Assembly: GCA_951406725.2 (NCBI GenBank)
Contig: OX597819.1
Location: 35,774,001-35,838,000 of the forward strand
Direction: 5' to 3'
Length of the DNA: 64,000 nt
Source: Octopus vulgaris
Taxonomy: Eukaryota
The notes under the pieces are model-generated. The model had not been told where the DNA came from and did no database searches. It saw nothing but the letters and a program-made list of their open reading frames with translations. Both the position numbers and the translations under genes were made by a program. This document shows positions 1-13,776 of this stretch, one piece after another. Position 1 is the stretch's first letter. The number at the start of each line of letters is the position of its first letter.

Positions 1-100
1 AGACTTCTTCATAAGAGCAGGAATGAAATTTGTTTAGTGGGTGCAAACTCAGGTCCAAAACTTTTGCAAACAAGGTCAATTTTTCAATATTAATAATAAT

Positions 101-313
101 CCTTCCTACTAAAAGCATGAGGCCTGAAAATTGGGAGAGGAGGTAAGTTGATTACATTGACACCAGTACACAACTGGCATTTATTTTATTGACCACGGAA
201 AGATGAAAAGCAAAGTCGACCTGGTGGAATTTGAACTCGAATCGTAAAGATGGATGAAATGCTGCTAAACATTTTGCCTGGCATGTTGATGATCCTGCCA
301 GCTTGCTGCCTTA
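101..313 (-). mobile_element. tRNA-derived SINE, family 1 (head ggcggcgagctggcagaa..., B box gttcaaattcc)
   Basis: Reverse complement of a SINE repeated about 20 times in the window (e.g. 16846-17077, 20176-20407, 50928-51158, 63579-63810). Confidence 0.85.
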
Positions 314-329
314 AACACAGGTATAATAG

Positions 330-497
330 TGTTGCAATCCAACATTGGACTGTTATAACGTCCATTCTGGTATAGCAGTATAGTTAGGCAAGTAAAGACA
401 CAACTGTCTATGACCGACTTTGCCAACTTCTCGACTTCCTACATCACAGTATATGTAACGACTAGCACATACCACTCATCACGTGAGAGGTGTGTTC

Positions 498-546
<49 letters not shown>

Positions 547-548
547 GC

Positions 549-632
<84 letters not shown>

Positions 633-2906
633 CCCCATAACATCTCCCTTTTAAAGTTTTTTTTTTTCTTATGGAGTGTAATTTTCTTTTTATTAACAAT
701 AATTTTTACATCACCCCACCTCCCTTTTTTTGAGTTTTTTTTTCCATACAGTTACAAATTTAATATTTTCTCATTTGGCATCCACTTTCAGGAACTCCAT
801 ACATTTTTTTATCTTTTGTTTGTGCGACTGGGTTCAATTATTTGCTGTGGCATTGATACTTGAAAAATATCATGTAATCATTCCATTGGTTCTTCCATTC
901 TCTTGGGGTCGCTCTCAACGAATCTTTTTTTAGTTGATTTATATGTCTCTTGTACAGTCATTTTCTTCCTTTTACGATGTATAGCATTTTTTCTATGTGT
1001 TTGGTAATCACGCCATCTTCTCAACTCTGTTTTCTGTTCTTATATGCCCTCACAAATACATTTTCACCAATTTTGAAATACCTTACTGTATTATTCCTTT
1101 GCAATTTTTCTTTTCTTACCAGGTAGCAATTTGTCGAAGAATGATTTTATTTTCATTGCAAACATCAGTTCCACTGGTAACATACCTGCTGGTTTGTTTG
1201 GATTTGGTGTCACTCAGTATACTCTTAGGAATTGTTGTAGAGCAACCTCATCCATGACTTCCTTATTCGACTTTCTTAGGGCTCTCTTGAATATGTTGAC
1301 AAAGTGTCCTGCTTGTCCATTAGATCTGGGATGGTATGGCACAGTAGTCACGTGTTTTACATGTCATGAAATGTCACATTATACACAAATTCCCTATAAA
1401 ATACAATCTTTTACTGTAACACCGTGCGCTACTTTTGTAGATTTACTTAATTTTGGCTTACCAATATACTTCCAATTTCCTCCATTCACAATGGTAATTT
1501 CACTTTCAGTATCTAACTGCATTTTTACTCTTATTTTTTCAATTTTCACATTTACGAATTACCTCTTTGTCCCATTAATCATTTTCTTTCAACAGCATCT
1601 TGTTTACTCTTTTTCCTTTGATCCAATGTTTTGTCATCTTGGTTTTACAGTGCACGTTTACGTGTCCAATTTTTCCACAACAGAAACATTCCACTTTCTT
1701 AAATGGGCAGTTTTTCACAGTTGCAGACCTCCACATGCAAAACATGAGTTTTTTCCCTGATTCTTGTCCTGCTTGTACTCTATTTTAGTACACACTTGAT
1801 TTCTATTCTGCCTGTTTTGTATTTTCCCATGCACTTGTTTCACTTGGAAGCAATCTTTATGTTCAATTTTCCCTGTGTCATGCCTTAAATTAACTATTCA
1901 TTCACACTCTTCATGCCTTAGATTTACTATTCATTCACACTCTTCTGACACTTGCTGTAAGGTTACAGCTTGGTTTTGTTCAAGCCCAGCGAAAATTTTT
2001 GTTGTTGCTTCTGCATCTTGTCCTGCAGTTAGTTCCTGAGTAAATATCAGACACTTGAACAAGTCTGGCAATAACTCATCCAGTTTGAGCTTTCCCCATT
2101 CCCTGTTAACTCTACCAGCAAATGTGATGTAGTCCTCCTCGTTGTTCTTTTCTAGGTTCAAACATTTCCAATGTGTATTGAACAATGAGCATTTCTTGCT
2201 AAAAATTTTACATAATATGTCTATTGTATTTCTAAAGTTTATGTCAGAAGGATTTTTCAGGAGTACGTAATTACTGTAATGCTCATGTTCTCCTGCTACC
2301 ATTTTTATTAGGATTAGACGTGTTTTCATATCGTCACCCCAATCATTGCACTCTTTATTGAAGATTTGTTCGTATCTTCTATAGTACACCTTGAAGGTAA
2401 CTCATACATCTGGTTCATACTTAAATCCTGTTATCAAGTTTGCAACATAATCTGGCAAGAAAATCTTTTCAGCAGTTTTGGATGAATTACTATTCCTTAA
2501 TTACAGCATTTCTTGCTGTAATAGTAATTGTTGTTTTTGTTCTTTCAGTTGTTGTTGTTGCTGTTTTTGCAGCTCGAGCAAACTGGCCAACAACTCTTCC
2601 ATAATTTTACGATTTTGTATATTGAAAAATTCACGCAAAAACTTTTGTGAGTTTCATAACTCCTTGTGAGTAAATCCTTGTGAGTTTGTCAATTTCTCGT
2701 CACCACTGTTGTAATCCAATGTTGGATTGTTATAACATCCATTCTGGTATAGCAGTATAGTTAGTTAAACAAGTAAAGATACAACTGTCTATGACCAACT
2801 TCGCCAACTTCTTGACTTCCTGTGTCACAGTATTTGTAATGACTAGTACATACTGCTCATCATGTGGGAGGGGTGTTACATTATTATTATTATTATCCTG
2901 ATAACA
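330..2906 (-). mobile_element. Internally deleted Ty3/Gypsy LTR retrotransposon
   Basis: TG...CA LTRs at 330-642 and 2707-2906; 5-bp TSD AATAG (325-329, 2907-2911); PBS TGGTGACGAG (tRNA-Ser-like) next to the 5' LTR; purine tract next to the 3' LTR. Gag relic (ORF 1931-2389), CCHC knuckle CFCCGKIGHVNVHC, and protease joined directly to integrase C-terminus (HPRSNGQA). Confidence 0.93.
499..631. repeat. (ATT)n microsatellite inside the 3' LTR
   Basis: Direct reading of the tandem repeat. Confidence 0.95.
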
Positions 2907-4374
2907 AATAGTAATAATTATTATTATATTCATACACCAATAAAATCAGATAATTCCAATGATAAAAAAGTAATATTTCACATCAGTCCAAAAAGGTTTC
3001 TATGTTTGTTCATTTTGGGGATGATGTTTTCCAGGGAAAGGGTGTTCAAAGTGTTTTCATTATCCTCCAAAATTTGTAGGGGTGTGTGCTTGTTACCCCA
3101 GTACCTACTGTTTTTGAGTCTCTGGACTTCTTGTGTCCTAGAAGGCTGCCTTCACATAGTTTTATCCAACATGACAGTAGTCCTACCTACCCTTATTATT
3201 ATCTCCCTCTCAAAAAGAGAGGAAAAAAACTCTTTTGACTTTTTACAGTACATTGGTCCTCTGACAGATAGTGTTTTTCATGCTGCAGGGTGACCAAATA
3301 GAAAGAAAAACACCCACCTCACAGAGCATGCTCTATGGGGTTACTGGTTTAATCACTGATGGCCCAACTTTGTGGATACAGACCTCAATTCAATCATCCT
3401 GATGTAATTTGATCGCATGCCTTCATAGTTATTATTAGGTTAAAGCATTGGGCTCACAATCACGAGGTAGTGAGTTCAATTCCTGGACCAGGCTGTGTGC
3501 TGTGTTCTTGAGCAAGACGCTTTATTTCACATTGAACTAGTTCACTCAGCTGTAGAAATGAGTTGTGACATCATTGGTGCCAAACTGTATCAGACCCTGC
3601 CTTTCCCTTGGATAATATTGTTGGCATGGAGAGGGGAATCTGATATGCATGGGTGACTGCTGGTCTTCAAGAAACAAACTTGCCCGGACTTGTGCCTTGG
3701 AAGGAAACTTTATAGGTGCAAACCAATAGTCATTCATGACCAAAGGGGGTCTTTATCCTGTTATCATTATTAAGGTGATAGCTAACAAAATTGTTAGCCC
3801 ATCAGGCAAAATGCTTAGTGGCATTTCTTCTGACTCTTCACATTCTGAGTTCAATTCCAACTAAGATCAACTTAGCTTTTCATCCTTTTTGGGTTGATTA
3901 AATAAAGCATCAATCAAGTACTGGAGCCAGTGTAATTGACTTACTCTTTCCCATCAAAATGACTGCCCTTGTGCCAAAATCAGAAAGAATCATTATCCTT
4001 TTCTACTCTAGGCACAAGGCCTGAAATTTTGGGGGAGGGGGCCTGTCGATTAGATCGACCCCAGTATGCAACTGGTACTTAATTTACCAACCCCGAAAAG
4101 ATGAAAGGCAAAGTCAACCTCAGGGGAATTTGAACTCAGAACATAAAGACAGATGAAATACTGATAAATACTATGATGATGATGATGACGACGACAACGA
4201 TGATGATAATGGTATTTTTTTTCCAACTCTTTATGTTTTGACTTCAAATCCCAGCAAGGTCATCTCTGCTGTTCATTCTCTCAGGGTTGATAAAATAAGT
4301 CAAGTTATGGCGTCAACTTATCTCTTCCTTCAGAATTGCTGGCCTTTGTGCCTAAATCAGAAATCATTAGTATT

Positions 4375-4615
4375 ACTGTAGTATTATTGTAGTAGTAGTA
4401 GTGGTTAATAGTGGTGGTGGTGGTAGTAGTGGTGGTTGTAGTGGTGGTGGTGGTAGTAGTGGTGGTTGTAGTGGTGGTGGTGGCTATAGTTGTAGTAGTA
4501 GTAGAAGCAATAGTAGTAGTTAGTGGTGGTGGTGGTGGTTGTAGTGATGGAGGTGGTGGTGCTAGTCGTTGTGGTGGTGGTGGTGGTGGTAGTAGTAGTA
4601 GTAGTAGTTGTAGTT

Positions 4616-4649
<34 letters not shown>

Positions 4650-4690
4650 TAGTAGTAGTAGTAGTAGTAGCAGCAGCAGCAGCAGCAGTG
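4375..4690. repeat. Compound (GTA/GTG/GCA)n microsatellite
   Basis: Direct reading; explains the poly-V/poly-S ORFs. Confidence 0.95.
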
Positions 4691-5626
4691 ATTGGCAGGG
4701 ACAGTAAAATGCAGGTTGAAATTAATTACATCATTTTACATTTGGAGATTAAATCCTGCTAAGGCTGACTCTGTCTTTCATCTCATTAGGATATCAATAA
4801 AATAAATAAATACAATACAGCAATTTAATGAGGTTGATCCAATCAATCTCCACCCTCCATCACTCTGCCAAGCGTTACACCAAAGTTAAAAATCATTATA
4901 ATTATACTAACAGTGACAAGTGGAAAGATTTAGTAAAAAGTGGTTTTAAGTCAGATTAATATTTAGTTATGGTGAAGGTGGCAAGCTGGCAGATTCGTTA
5001 GCACGGCAGGTAAAATGCTAAGTGGCATTTCATCTGTCTTTATGTTCTGAGTTCAAATTCCACTGTGGTCACATTTGCCTTTCGTCCTTTCGGAGTTGAT
5101 AAAATAAAAACCAGTGAATACTGGATCAATGTACTCTACTAGTCTTGCCCCCTACCAAATTTCAAGCCTTGTGCCTTCCATAGAAAGGATTATTATTTTT
5201 ATTATTATTGTGGTGAACAGAATTGTTAGTACTTCAGGCAAAATGCTTAGTGGCATTTCATCTGTCTTTATGTTCTGAGTTCAAATTCCGCTGTGGTCAA
5301 ATTTGCATTTCATTCTTTCGGAGTTGATAAAATTAAAACCAGTGAATACTGGGATCGATGTATTTGACTAGTCTTGTCCCCATCAAATTTCAGGCCTTGT
5401 GCTTTCAGTAGAAAGGATTATCATTATAATTATGATAAAATATGTACCACAGTTCTATATTTAAGAGATGAGGAATTATTTACATTATTTACATTTGACG
5501 GATATTTGCCTTCATCTTGTTTGTTGTTAATATAATTCAGCTGATATACCCTCCAGCCTTCATCAGGTGTCTTGGGGAAATTTCAAATCTGGGTTCTCAT
5601 TCTTAAGGCATTTTTCGATGTTGTTA

Positions 5627-5662
<36 letters not shown>

Positions 5663-5702
5663 TCACTAACCCCAAGATTCCGAGTTCGATTATAGGCTGT
5701 TA

Positions 5703-5788
<86 letters not shown>

Positions 5789-5789
5789 G

Positions 5790-6051
5790 AAAATGATTCC
5801 AGGCTTACCATCCCTACAGGAAGTGCAAAAAATCGTATTAACTGGAACGGCTCATGTACTGCGAAGAGCACTATCGCTGTGAAAATAACATCCATCCATG
5901 AATTTATTTATTTATTAATTTTTAAATACATATTTTATCTGTGAATTTGTGCGTGTAATCTGGGAATGCATACAATGCCCTTCTCTGACCTAAGTGTATG
6001 GAAAACACTCGGCAAGAAACGGAAGAAAATTTGAAGAAAGAAGGAAAAAAC

Positions 6052-6052
<1 letters not shown>
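5790..6052 (+). mobile_element. 3' end of an R4/Dong-type (restriction-like endonuclease) LINE
   Basis: 5793-5882 translates MIPGLPSLQEVQKIVLTGTAHVLRRALSL*, resembling the R4/Dong C-terminal motif (QK..L.GTAH.LR); 3' UTR and A-rich end; flanked on both sides by (TAA)n. Confidence 0.75.
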
Positions 6053-6089
<37 letters not shown>

Positions 6090-6156
6090 GACAACAACAA
6101 TAACAACATCGAAAAATACCTTAGGAATGAGAACTCAGATTCAAAATTAACCCAAG

Positions 6157-6200
6157 ACACCTGATGAAGCCTGGAGGGTATATCAGCCGAAATGTTGTGT
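6157..6200 (+). ncRNA. Type I hammerhead ribozyme motif (partly decayed)
   Basis: ACAC CTGATGA A GCCTG-loop-CAGCC GAAA TG TT GTGT: stem I ACAC/GTGT, canonical core, GAAA. The mirror copy at 5536-5570 has GGCTG, which restores stem II. Confidence 0.7.
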
Positions 6201-6984
6201 TAATAACAAACAAGATGAGGACAAATATCTGTCAATTGTAAATAATGTAAATAATGTAAATAAGTACCAGTTGGGCACTTGGGTAATGTAATTGCTGGCC
6301 TTGTGCCAAAATTAAAAATTAATATTTAGTTATGGCTGTGCATGGTTAAGAAGCTAGGTTTAGGCATGGCTATGCTGTTAAGAGGTTTTCTTTGAAACCA
6401 CATGACCTCAGGTTTCAATCCCATTGCATAGCATTTTTGGCATGTTCCTTTTCCTACAACCTTGACAAGTCCCTTAACCCCTTGGTGTTCACTACAGCCA
6501 TACAGCATATCTAGGGCAAAAAGTGCCTGGTGGAACCCATCCCTCTCTATGATAAATTCATTTCTACAACTGAGTGGACTGGAGCAACATGAAATCAAGT
6601 GTTTTGCTCAAGAACATAATGGATTGCCCAGTTCCGGGATTGAAACTACAATCTTACTGTCATGAATCCAACATCCTAACCACTGAGCTATGTACCTCCA
6701 CTAGTGGTACTCATTTCTACAACTGAGTGGACTGGAGCAATGTGAAGTGAAGTGTTTTTGCTCAAGAACACAACACATTGCCCGGTCTAGGAATTGAAAC
6801 CACAATCTTACTATCGCAAGTCCAACACCCTAACCACTAAGCCATAACTTCCACCTAGGCCACGCATCTCCTATAGCCTAGGTCCTAGGCTATAGGAGGT
6901 GTGTGGCTTAGCTGGAGGTTAACCCTAGGCCCTAGGATTAACCAAAAACCTTGTGAGGGAAGATGAAAACTCTGTTGAAGCCTG

Positions 6985-7023
<39 letters not shown>

Positions 7024-7598
7024 TGCATGTGTATATGTATGTGTGTGTTTGCATGCATGCGTATGTATCTTTATATTTGTCTCTCCCCGCCCGGCAACCA
7101 GTGTTGGTTTGCTTGTTTGTTAGTTTCAACATGGATACATGGATATTCAGCAACAACAAGAGATCAATACAATAAGTACCAGACATAAAACATGCTTCGA
7201 GGCTGATGTGATCAACTTGGATGACATCTGAGACGATGCTGCTGTTATGTACATAAAACATCCTGGACCACATCCTGAGAAGATCCCCTCTGGAATTCAA
7301 CCACTTATGAACACACTCCTGCCTTTAGTATGCTGTCTCTTCTATCTATTTATCTAATGCCATTATAATGGCATCTGTTCCTTAGAGACAGCTGGTCTTT
7401 GGAGATAGCACCACCAGTCAAATATCTCATACCTATTCATTTCTCCATCTCTCATCAGTTTTGATGCATTCCCCGCCACCAATACTGTACTAACCACTAT
7501 GCCTGGTTCTTTCTTCCCACAACATTAGCCTTTTGGAATCTTCGCTCTGCTGTAAGTGTTGACAGCAATAGATTACTTTTTGTATTACAATATTTCCA

Positions 7599-8509
7599 TT
7601 GACCCTTTAGTATTTAAACCAGCCATATTCAGCCAAGATATTCTACTTGTTTTATGCTCAAACTGACCAGATCTGGCCTCTCATACCTTACACTACAATG
7701 CCATAGAAAAATAAATGCACCCTTTTAAAGCCTTGCCAGTATCATGGGCCCGGTTTCCCAGTTTCAATGGCGTATGTGTTCCCCAGCTGGACGGGATGCC
7801 AGTCAATCGCAGCGTTACTCATTTTTGCCAGCTGAGTGGACTGGAGCCACGTGAAACGAAGTGTTTTGCTTAGGAACACAATGAGTCGCCCGGTCCAGGA
7901 ATCGAAACCACAATCTCATGATCATGATGCTGACACCCTAACCACTAAGCCACGTGCCTCCACACACTACAATGCCATACTAAAACTAAACAATCACATC
8001 ATTGAAATCTCGAAGTTATGAAATATTCTTTTCTACTCTAGGCACAAGGCCTGAAATTTTGGGGGCAGGGGCCAGTTGATTAGATCAACCTCAGTATGCA
8101 ACTGGTACTTAATTTATTGACCCTGAAAGGATGAAAGGTAAAGTTGACCTTAGTGGAATTTGAACTCAGACAGACGAAATACCGCTAAGCATTTTGCCCG
8201 GCATGCTAATGTTTCTGTTATGAATAATTTGGAGGCAATGACCAAGACCTTTGGCACTATGTTGTGCTTGAGAAGAAGACCCATCAAGCTGAGCAAAATT
8301 GCAGTCATGGCAGATGCTGGTGTCACGCAACTGGCACCTGTGCCTGTGGCACATAAAAGCACCCATTACACTCTCAGAGTGGTTGGTGTTAAGAAGGGCA
8401 TGCAACCATAAAAAACCATGCCAAATCAGACTGGAGCCTGATGAAACCTTCCAGTGTGCCAGCCCAGGCAAACCTTCAAACCCAGGCCAGCATGGACAAC
8501 AGACGTTAA

Positions 8510-8544
<35 letters not shown>

Positions 8545-8612
8545 GAATTCAAAACAACATGAATAAATAAGCATTGCATTTGACAGACTTAATCTGAATG
8601 CTAACGGGTTAA
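7599..8612. mobile_element. piggyBac-like MITE interrupted by nested SINEs
   Basis: Ends ttgaCCCtttag ... ctaacGGGttaa; a related copy at ~27165-27380 ends gggttaa. Confidence 0.5.
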
Positions 8613-9059
8613 AATAATTGATTAATTTTGAAAACAATAAGCAATTTGTTAAAACGAGTTTGTTATTATTAAGTTTGTGTTTGGAACAGAAATTAGTATG
8701 AAGTTTTAATGGGGGGGTTTTAATTAAGACCACTTTAGAACAAAGAGTTGGCATCATAGAATTATGGGTAGTTTCAAGGCATGTTGATATCAAAATAGTT
8801 AAATGGAACATTGAAAGCATCAACCACATCAGTTTCAGAGAACCTTCAAGGGTCATGGGCATTGCTTCTTCTGCCAGTTTCAGCAAGCAAAATAAATAAC
8901 AAACTAAATAAATAAATAAATAACATAAAAGAACAGTAACAAATGCATGGTTGCATAACTGAAACAAATCACAGAATAAAAGGCTAAAAGAATATATTAC
9001 CTTGAAGTCTAAGCTGAAATTTTACTGGGTTGAATTTTACTTTTCAATCTCTTTGATCC

Positions 9060-9109
9060 CAATAATATATATATATGTGTGTGTGTATACATTATATACA
9101 TATACATAC

Positions 9110-9152
<43 letters not shown>

Positions 9153-9270
9153 GGTATATATATATATATATATACATATACACACACACACACACACACA
9201 CATATACATAAACACACACATATATATACATATATACATGTGTGTGTGTGTATATATATATATATATCCC
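9060..9270. repeat. (TA)n/(CA)n/(TACA)n microsatellite
   Basis: Direct reading. Confidence 0.95.
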
Positions 9271-9566
9271 TCTCTCTTGGGGATGCACAAGCATCTACAC
9301 ACACATATACACACGTGGCAGTAACTTCCGCCTACCAAATTCAATCACAAAGCTTCGGTCGGCCCGGGGCTATAGCAGAAGACACTTGCCCAAGGTGCCC
9401 TGCAGTGGGACTGAACCCGAAACCATGTAGCTTGGAATCAAGCTTCCTAACCACACACACACACACACTTCCCTTCTTTCCTGAGCGTCAATAATACTTT
9501 AATTGTTCCACGTCCTGCATTGCTGTGTTTTTTTCTCTTTTTTTCTGTGTTTTCTTGTTTGGATTA

Positions 9567-9569
<3 letters not shown>

Positions 9570-9601
<32 letters not shown>

Positions 9602-9631
9602 CTTTACTAAATATATATATATATATTTCTT

Positions 9632-9706
<75 letters not shown>

Positions 9707-9722
9707 AAGATAGATAGATAGG

Positions 9723-9783
<61 letters not shown>
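9570..9783. repeat. (TA)n plus (GATA)n microsatellite
   Basis: Direct reading. Confidence 0.95.
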
Positions 9784-10260
9784 CTGGCATTCCATTGGTT
9801 ATGATGACAAGTGTTCCAGTTGATCTGATATCAATGTGCAAGTGGCTGAGCCCTCCATAGATATGTGTACCCTTAACGTAGACCTCTGGGAGAATCAGCG
9901 TGACAGGAGTGTGACAAAGCTGGCCCTGTGAAATACAGGTATTACCTATATTTTGCCAGCTGACTGAACTGGAGCAATGTGAAATAAAGTATCTTGCTCA
10001 GGGACACAACACGTTGCCAGGAAATGAACTCATGACCTTATGATAATGAGTCAAATACCCTAACCACCAATTCAGTCACCTTCAAAAATATATATAAGTA
10101 ACATGAATATTACTATTTTGTGTCTGAGGAGTCATAGTCTCAGTAACCTGGTTTCCATGGTATTATATTGGACTGAGATCACATTTCCCTCTGAATGGGA
10201 TGTCAATCCATCACAAGTTTACTCATTTATAGATGAGTAAATTGGAACAACATGAACTAA

Positions 10261-10660
10261 AGGCAGTGAGCTGGCAAAAACGTTAGCACGCCGGGTGAAA
10301 TGCTTAGTGGTATTTCATCTCTCTTTATGTTCTGAGTTCAAATTTCACTGAGGTTGACTTTTGCCTTTCATCCTTTCAGGGTCGATTAAATAAGTACCAG
10401 TTACGCACTGGGGTCGACATAATCGACTTAATCCGTTTGTCTGTCCTTGTTTGTCCCCTCTGTGTTTAACCCCTTGTGGGTAATAAAGAAATAGGTATTT
10501 CATCTCTCTTTTATGTTCTGAGTTCAAATTTCACTGAGGTCGACTTTTGCCTTTTATCCTTTCAGGGTCGATAATTTAAGTACCAGTTGCATACTGGGGT
10601 TGATCTAATCGACTGGCCCCCTCCCCAAAATTTCCGGACTTTGTGCCTAGAGTAGAAAAA
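10261..10660 (+). mobile_element. Family 1 SINE with tandem partial second copy
   Basis: Head aggcagtgagctggc; the segment ggtatttcatctctct recurs at ~10309 and ~10494. Confidence 0.8.
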
Positions 10661-11019
10661 AATATGAAATAAAGTGTTTTGTCCAAGAATATAATTCACT
10701 ACCTGGTCTGGGAATTGAAACCACAATCTTGTGATCATGAGTGCAACACTCTAACTCTCAGGCCATGCTTCATCATATGTAAAATATTTATTGGGAACTA
10801 GTTAAAACAATTATATCCAATCCTTAATAAATTAGGTGTTTTTTGCCAATGTAAGAAATCTTTTTACTTCACTGAAGAATAGAACCGTATCACATTTGTG
10901 TCAATAACAAATGTTTTTCCGCACTATGTTGTTTTTTAACTGCTGCAGATTAAAACAAACAGGTTTTGTTCTGTCAAAATATAAAACTCACATAATCGGA
11001 ACAGCATGTCAGCTGTCTT

Positions 11020-11650
11020 CCATCCAAATGTTTGTAAACTGATGGTGATCTGATTGAATGTAATTAGATATTTTAGGAGGTGGTCTAATTAGCAGAGAAG
11101 GTGGGTGTTCTGAAAGCATAGGAGCTAGAGCAAGGACAAAATGGATTAAGTTCAGGAAGCTATTATCTCTGTGGGTAACTAAGAGGCTTCATCTTTAAGC
11201 AAGGTGCAATTTGTATCCTGCTTGTGTATGAAGTTGTGATGTACTTGTTAATGAAACAGGTATTGAATTAGAATATGTGAAGGCTGGAAAGAAATGGGGA
11301 TGTGAGTATGTAGTGTTGGTATGCTTGAATGATGTAGCAAAGATGGGCTGAATGAAGAGACTAAGTATAGAAGAAATCAGAAACTGCATATGTTGTGCAA
11401 AAGAGGTGACTACACTGGTATGGATATATGATGCACATGGATACAGGGAGGATGTCAGTTGGGTAAAGAGGTGGGGTAGTGATCCAGGCTGAAGGAACCT
11501 GTGGAAGAAGAAGCAGAGAGAACTAGTGACAACGGAGCACAGTATACTGAACTTCCCAAAGGAAATGAGGATGGGCTGCAACAAGTAGCAAGATGCTGTG
11601 CTGAGGTTGAGCCATCCAACAGCATAGAAAAACTGATAGTTAAGTTCTGT
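11020..11650 (+). pseudogene. RTE-clade LINE relic, RT C-terminal region
   Basis: Degenerate translation EGGCSESIGARARTKWIKFRKLL...NLYPACV resembles RTE ORF2 downstream of the RT core. Confidence 0.65.
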
Positions 11651-11661
11651 GAGTGGGAGAA

Positions 11662-12073
11662 GGATCTTTTCGGTTTGAATGGCAGTTTTTAACATAATTT
11701 CTAGGTAACTAAAAAATTTTAAACTTCGTATACTGGTAGAATGTATTTATAAAACATCTTTTTCTCTTGGCTTTATTGAGAAAATTCAATGGTTTGTAAG
11801 ATATTTGTGGGTTTTTTTCTTCAATTTCTGCAATTTCAACCAATCACTGGCATCCATTGAGGTAAAAAAACATTCTGTGCTGTATGAATATGTCACTCGT
11901 TTAAGAAACAGATTGGGTTCATTTACATTTGTGAAGAAAAAAAGATACCCTTCCCCCCACCCCTAACCGTAAAACAGATTGAAATGCAATAGATCGATAC
12001 TAAGGTCATAATTATGGGTGACAATTTCATATGACACAGCTAGAAAAAACTGCCGTTCAAACTGAAAAGATCT
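11662..12073. mobile_element. Non-autonomous DNA transposon (MITE) with 9-bp TSD
   Basis: TIRs ggatcttttcggtttgaatggcagttttt / aaaaactgccgttcaaactgaaaagatct; TSD GTGGGAGAA at 11653-11661 and 12074-12082. Confidence 0.85.
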
Positions 12074-12719
12074 GTGGGAGAAATATGCTACAATATTCTT
12101 CTAACTGGCAGGACCAAGATCAAATACACCTATGAATAAAACCAACAAGAGACTCTCTATGAGAGTGCTTGACCTGCTATGAATAATAGCCAACAAGGTG
12201 TGATTCAAGAAAAAAGAAAGGACACATTGCATGATGAAGTCCAGGATACAATATTTGTTTGTTTATGTGTTTACATCCATTTTTCATTGCTAGTATGGGT
12301 TAGATAAATATAAATTATTGAGGGATTGTTTTATAGCTGAACGGTCTTCCTGTCATTAATCTTGATCTGTTTTTTTTTTCAAGACAGGGAATTCTTACCC
12401 TACATGTCTTCAAGAAGCATTGTGCTAGCAGATGATGTGGTGATGAGGAATGACAACAAACTTCCCTCTTAGTAGTTCAGTGCTGTTTTATATAAAGTGC
12501 TGAATGGAAGCATTCAAACACAGACTGACAGACAGACCGACCGACAGACAGACCAACCGACAGACAGACCAACCGACAGACAGACCAACCGACAGACAGA
12601 CCAACCGACAGACAGACAGACACACACACACACACACACACACATACAAACACACACATCACACATATGTGTACACATAAAACACAAACATGTACATACA
12701 CACATGCTACACATACATG

Positions 12720-12779
<60 letters not shown>

Positions 12780-13084
12780 TGTGCAATGTTGCTTCATATA
12801 ATTTTTGTCTGCCATATTCATTCACAAGGTATTGATTTGCTTGGAACTACAGCAGAAGACTACAGCCTAAGGTGCTGTGCAGCGTAACTGATCCCCACTC
12901 CTGAAAAAAAAAGGTGAAGTGTTTAACCACACAGCCATGACTGCAAGAACAACGCCTGAAAGTAATATGGGATGATGATGGGTGGGACAAGCCTTGAAAA
13001 TAGGTCTGCTTGATCAGAGAGTGAACCTTGGGTTAAACAACAGCAACTATCTAGGCGGCTTATAACACCCTCCCCACCAGCACC

Positions 13085-13085
<1 letters not shown>

Positions 13086-13115
<30 letters not shown>

Positions 13116-13350
13116 CTTCTTCTTCTTCTTCTTCTTCTTCTTCTTCTTCTTCTTCTTCTTCTTCTTCTTCTTCTTTTTCTTCTTCTTCTTCTTCTTCTTC
13201 TTCTTCTTCTTCTTCTTCTTCTTCCTCCTCACGTCTTCATCCCTTCTTCGTTTTCTTCTTCTTCTTCTTCTTCTTCTTCTTCTTCTTCTTCTTCTTCTTC
13301 TTCTTCTCCTCCTCCTCCTCCTCCTTCTCCTCCTCCTTCATTTTCTTCTT
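13086..13350. repeat. (CTT)n/(CTC)n microsatellite
   Basis: Direct reading. Confidence 0.95.
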
Positions 13351-13776
13351 TGGTAAATTGTCAAAAATTTTAGAATTTATCAGATGCAAAAAAAAATAAA
13401 AAGGAAAGGAAAAAAGGAGGATTTAAATTAAATGTTATTAGGTATTTTAGAATTTGTTTTTGTTTTTTATGTTAAACAGATTTAAATTACATTTAGAAAG
13501 GTGAAAGCATGGAAAGTAAATTATTCAAATTAGAGTAAAGTAAGAGCTAACACTTAAAACATTTCAACCAAGGAAGCTTTTTAATCAATCAAGACTCCGT
13601 CCCCATCTTTGTAAAGGTGGGGAGGGTAAATGTTGAACCAATGCTTAAATTTTAATTGATTGGAAATTTGGTGTCATCAACCATTTTAATTCTGGGAGAT
13701 TTGTAGTTCTCTCCTGTCTCTGTCTTGAATACATTTAGGTTTTGGTTCAATACTTATCATCTCTCAATGTGGATAG

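Larger units (their letters stand above)
5478..6263. mobile_element. Inverted-repeat (Penelope pLTR-like) element with hammerhead motif
   Basis: Arm ~5478-5630 is the reverse complement of arm ~6095-6263; the arms flank (ATT)n/(AAT)n tracts. Confidence 0.75.

Noticed and set aside
2862-3293. 143-aa ORF as a host exon
   Set aside because: It starts inside an LTR and has no recognisable domain or supportable splice structure.
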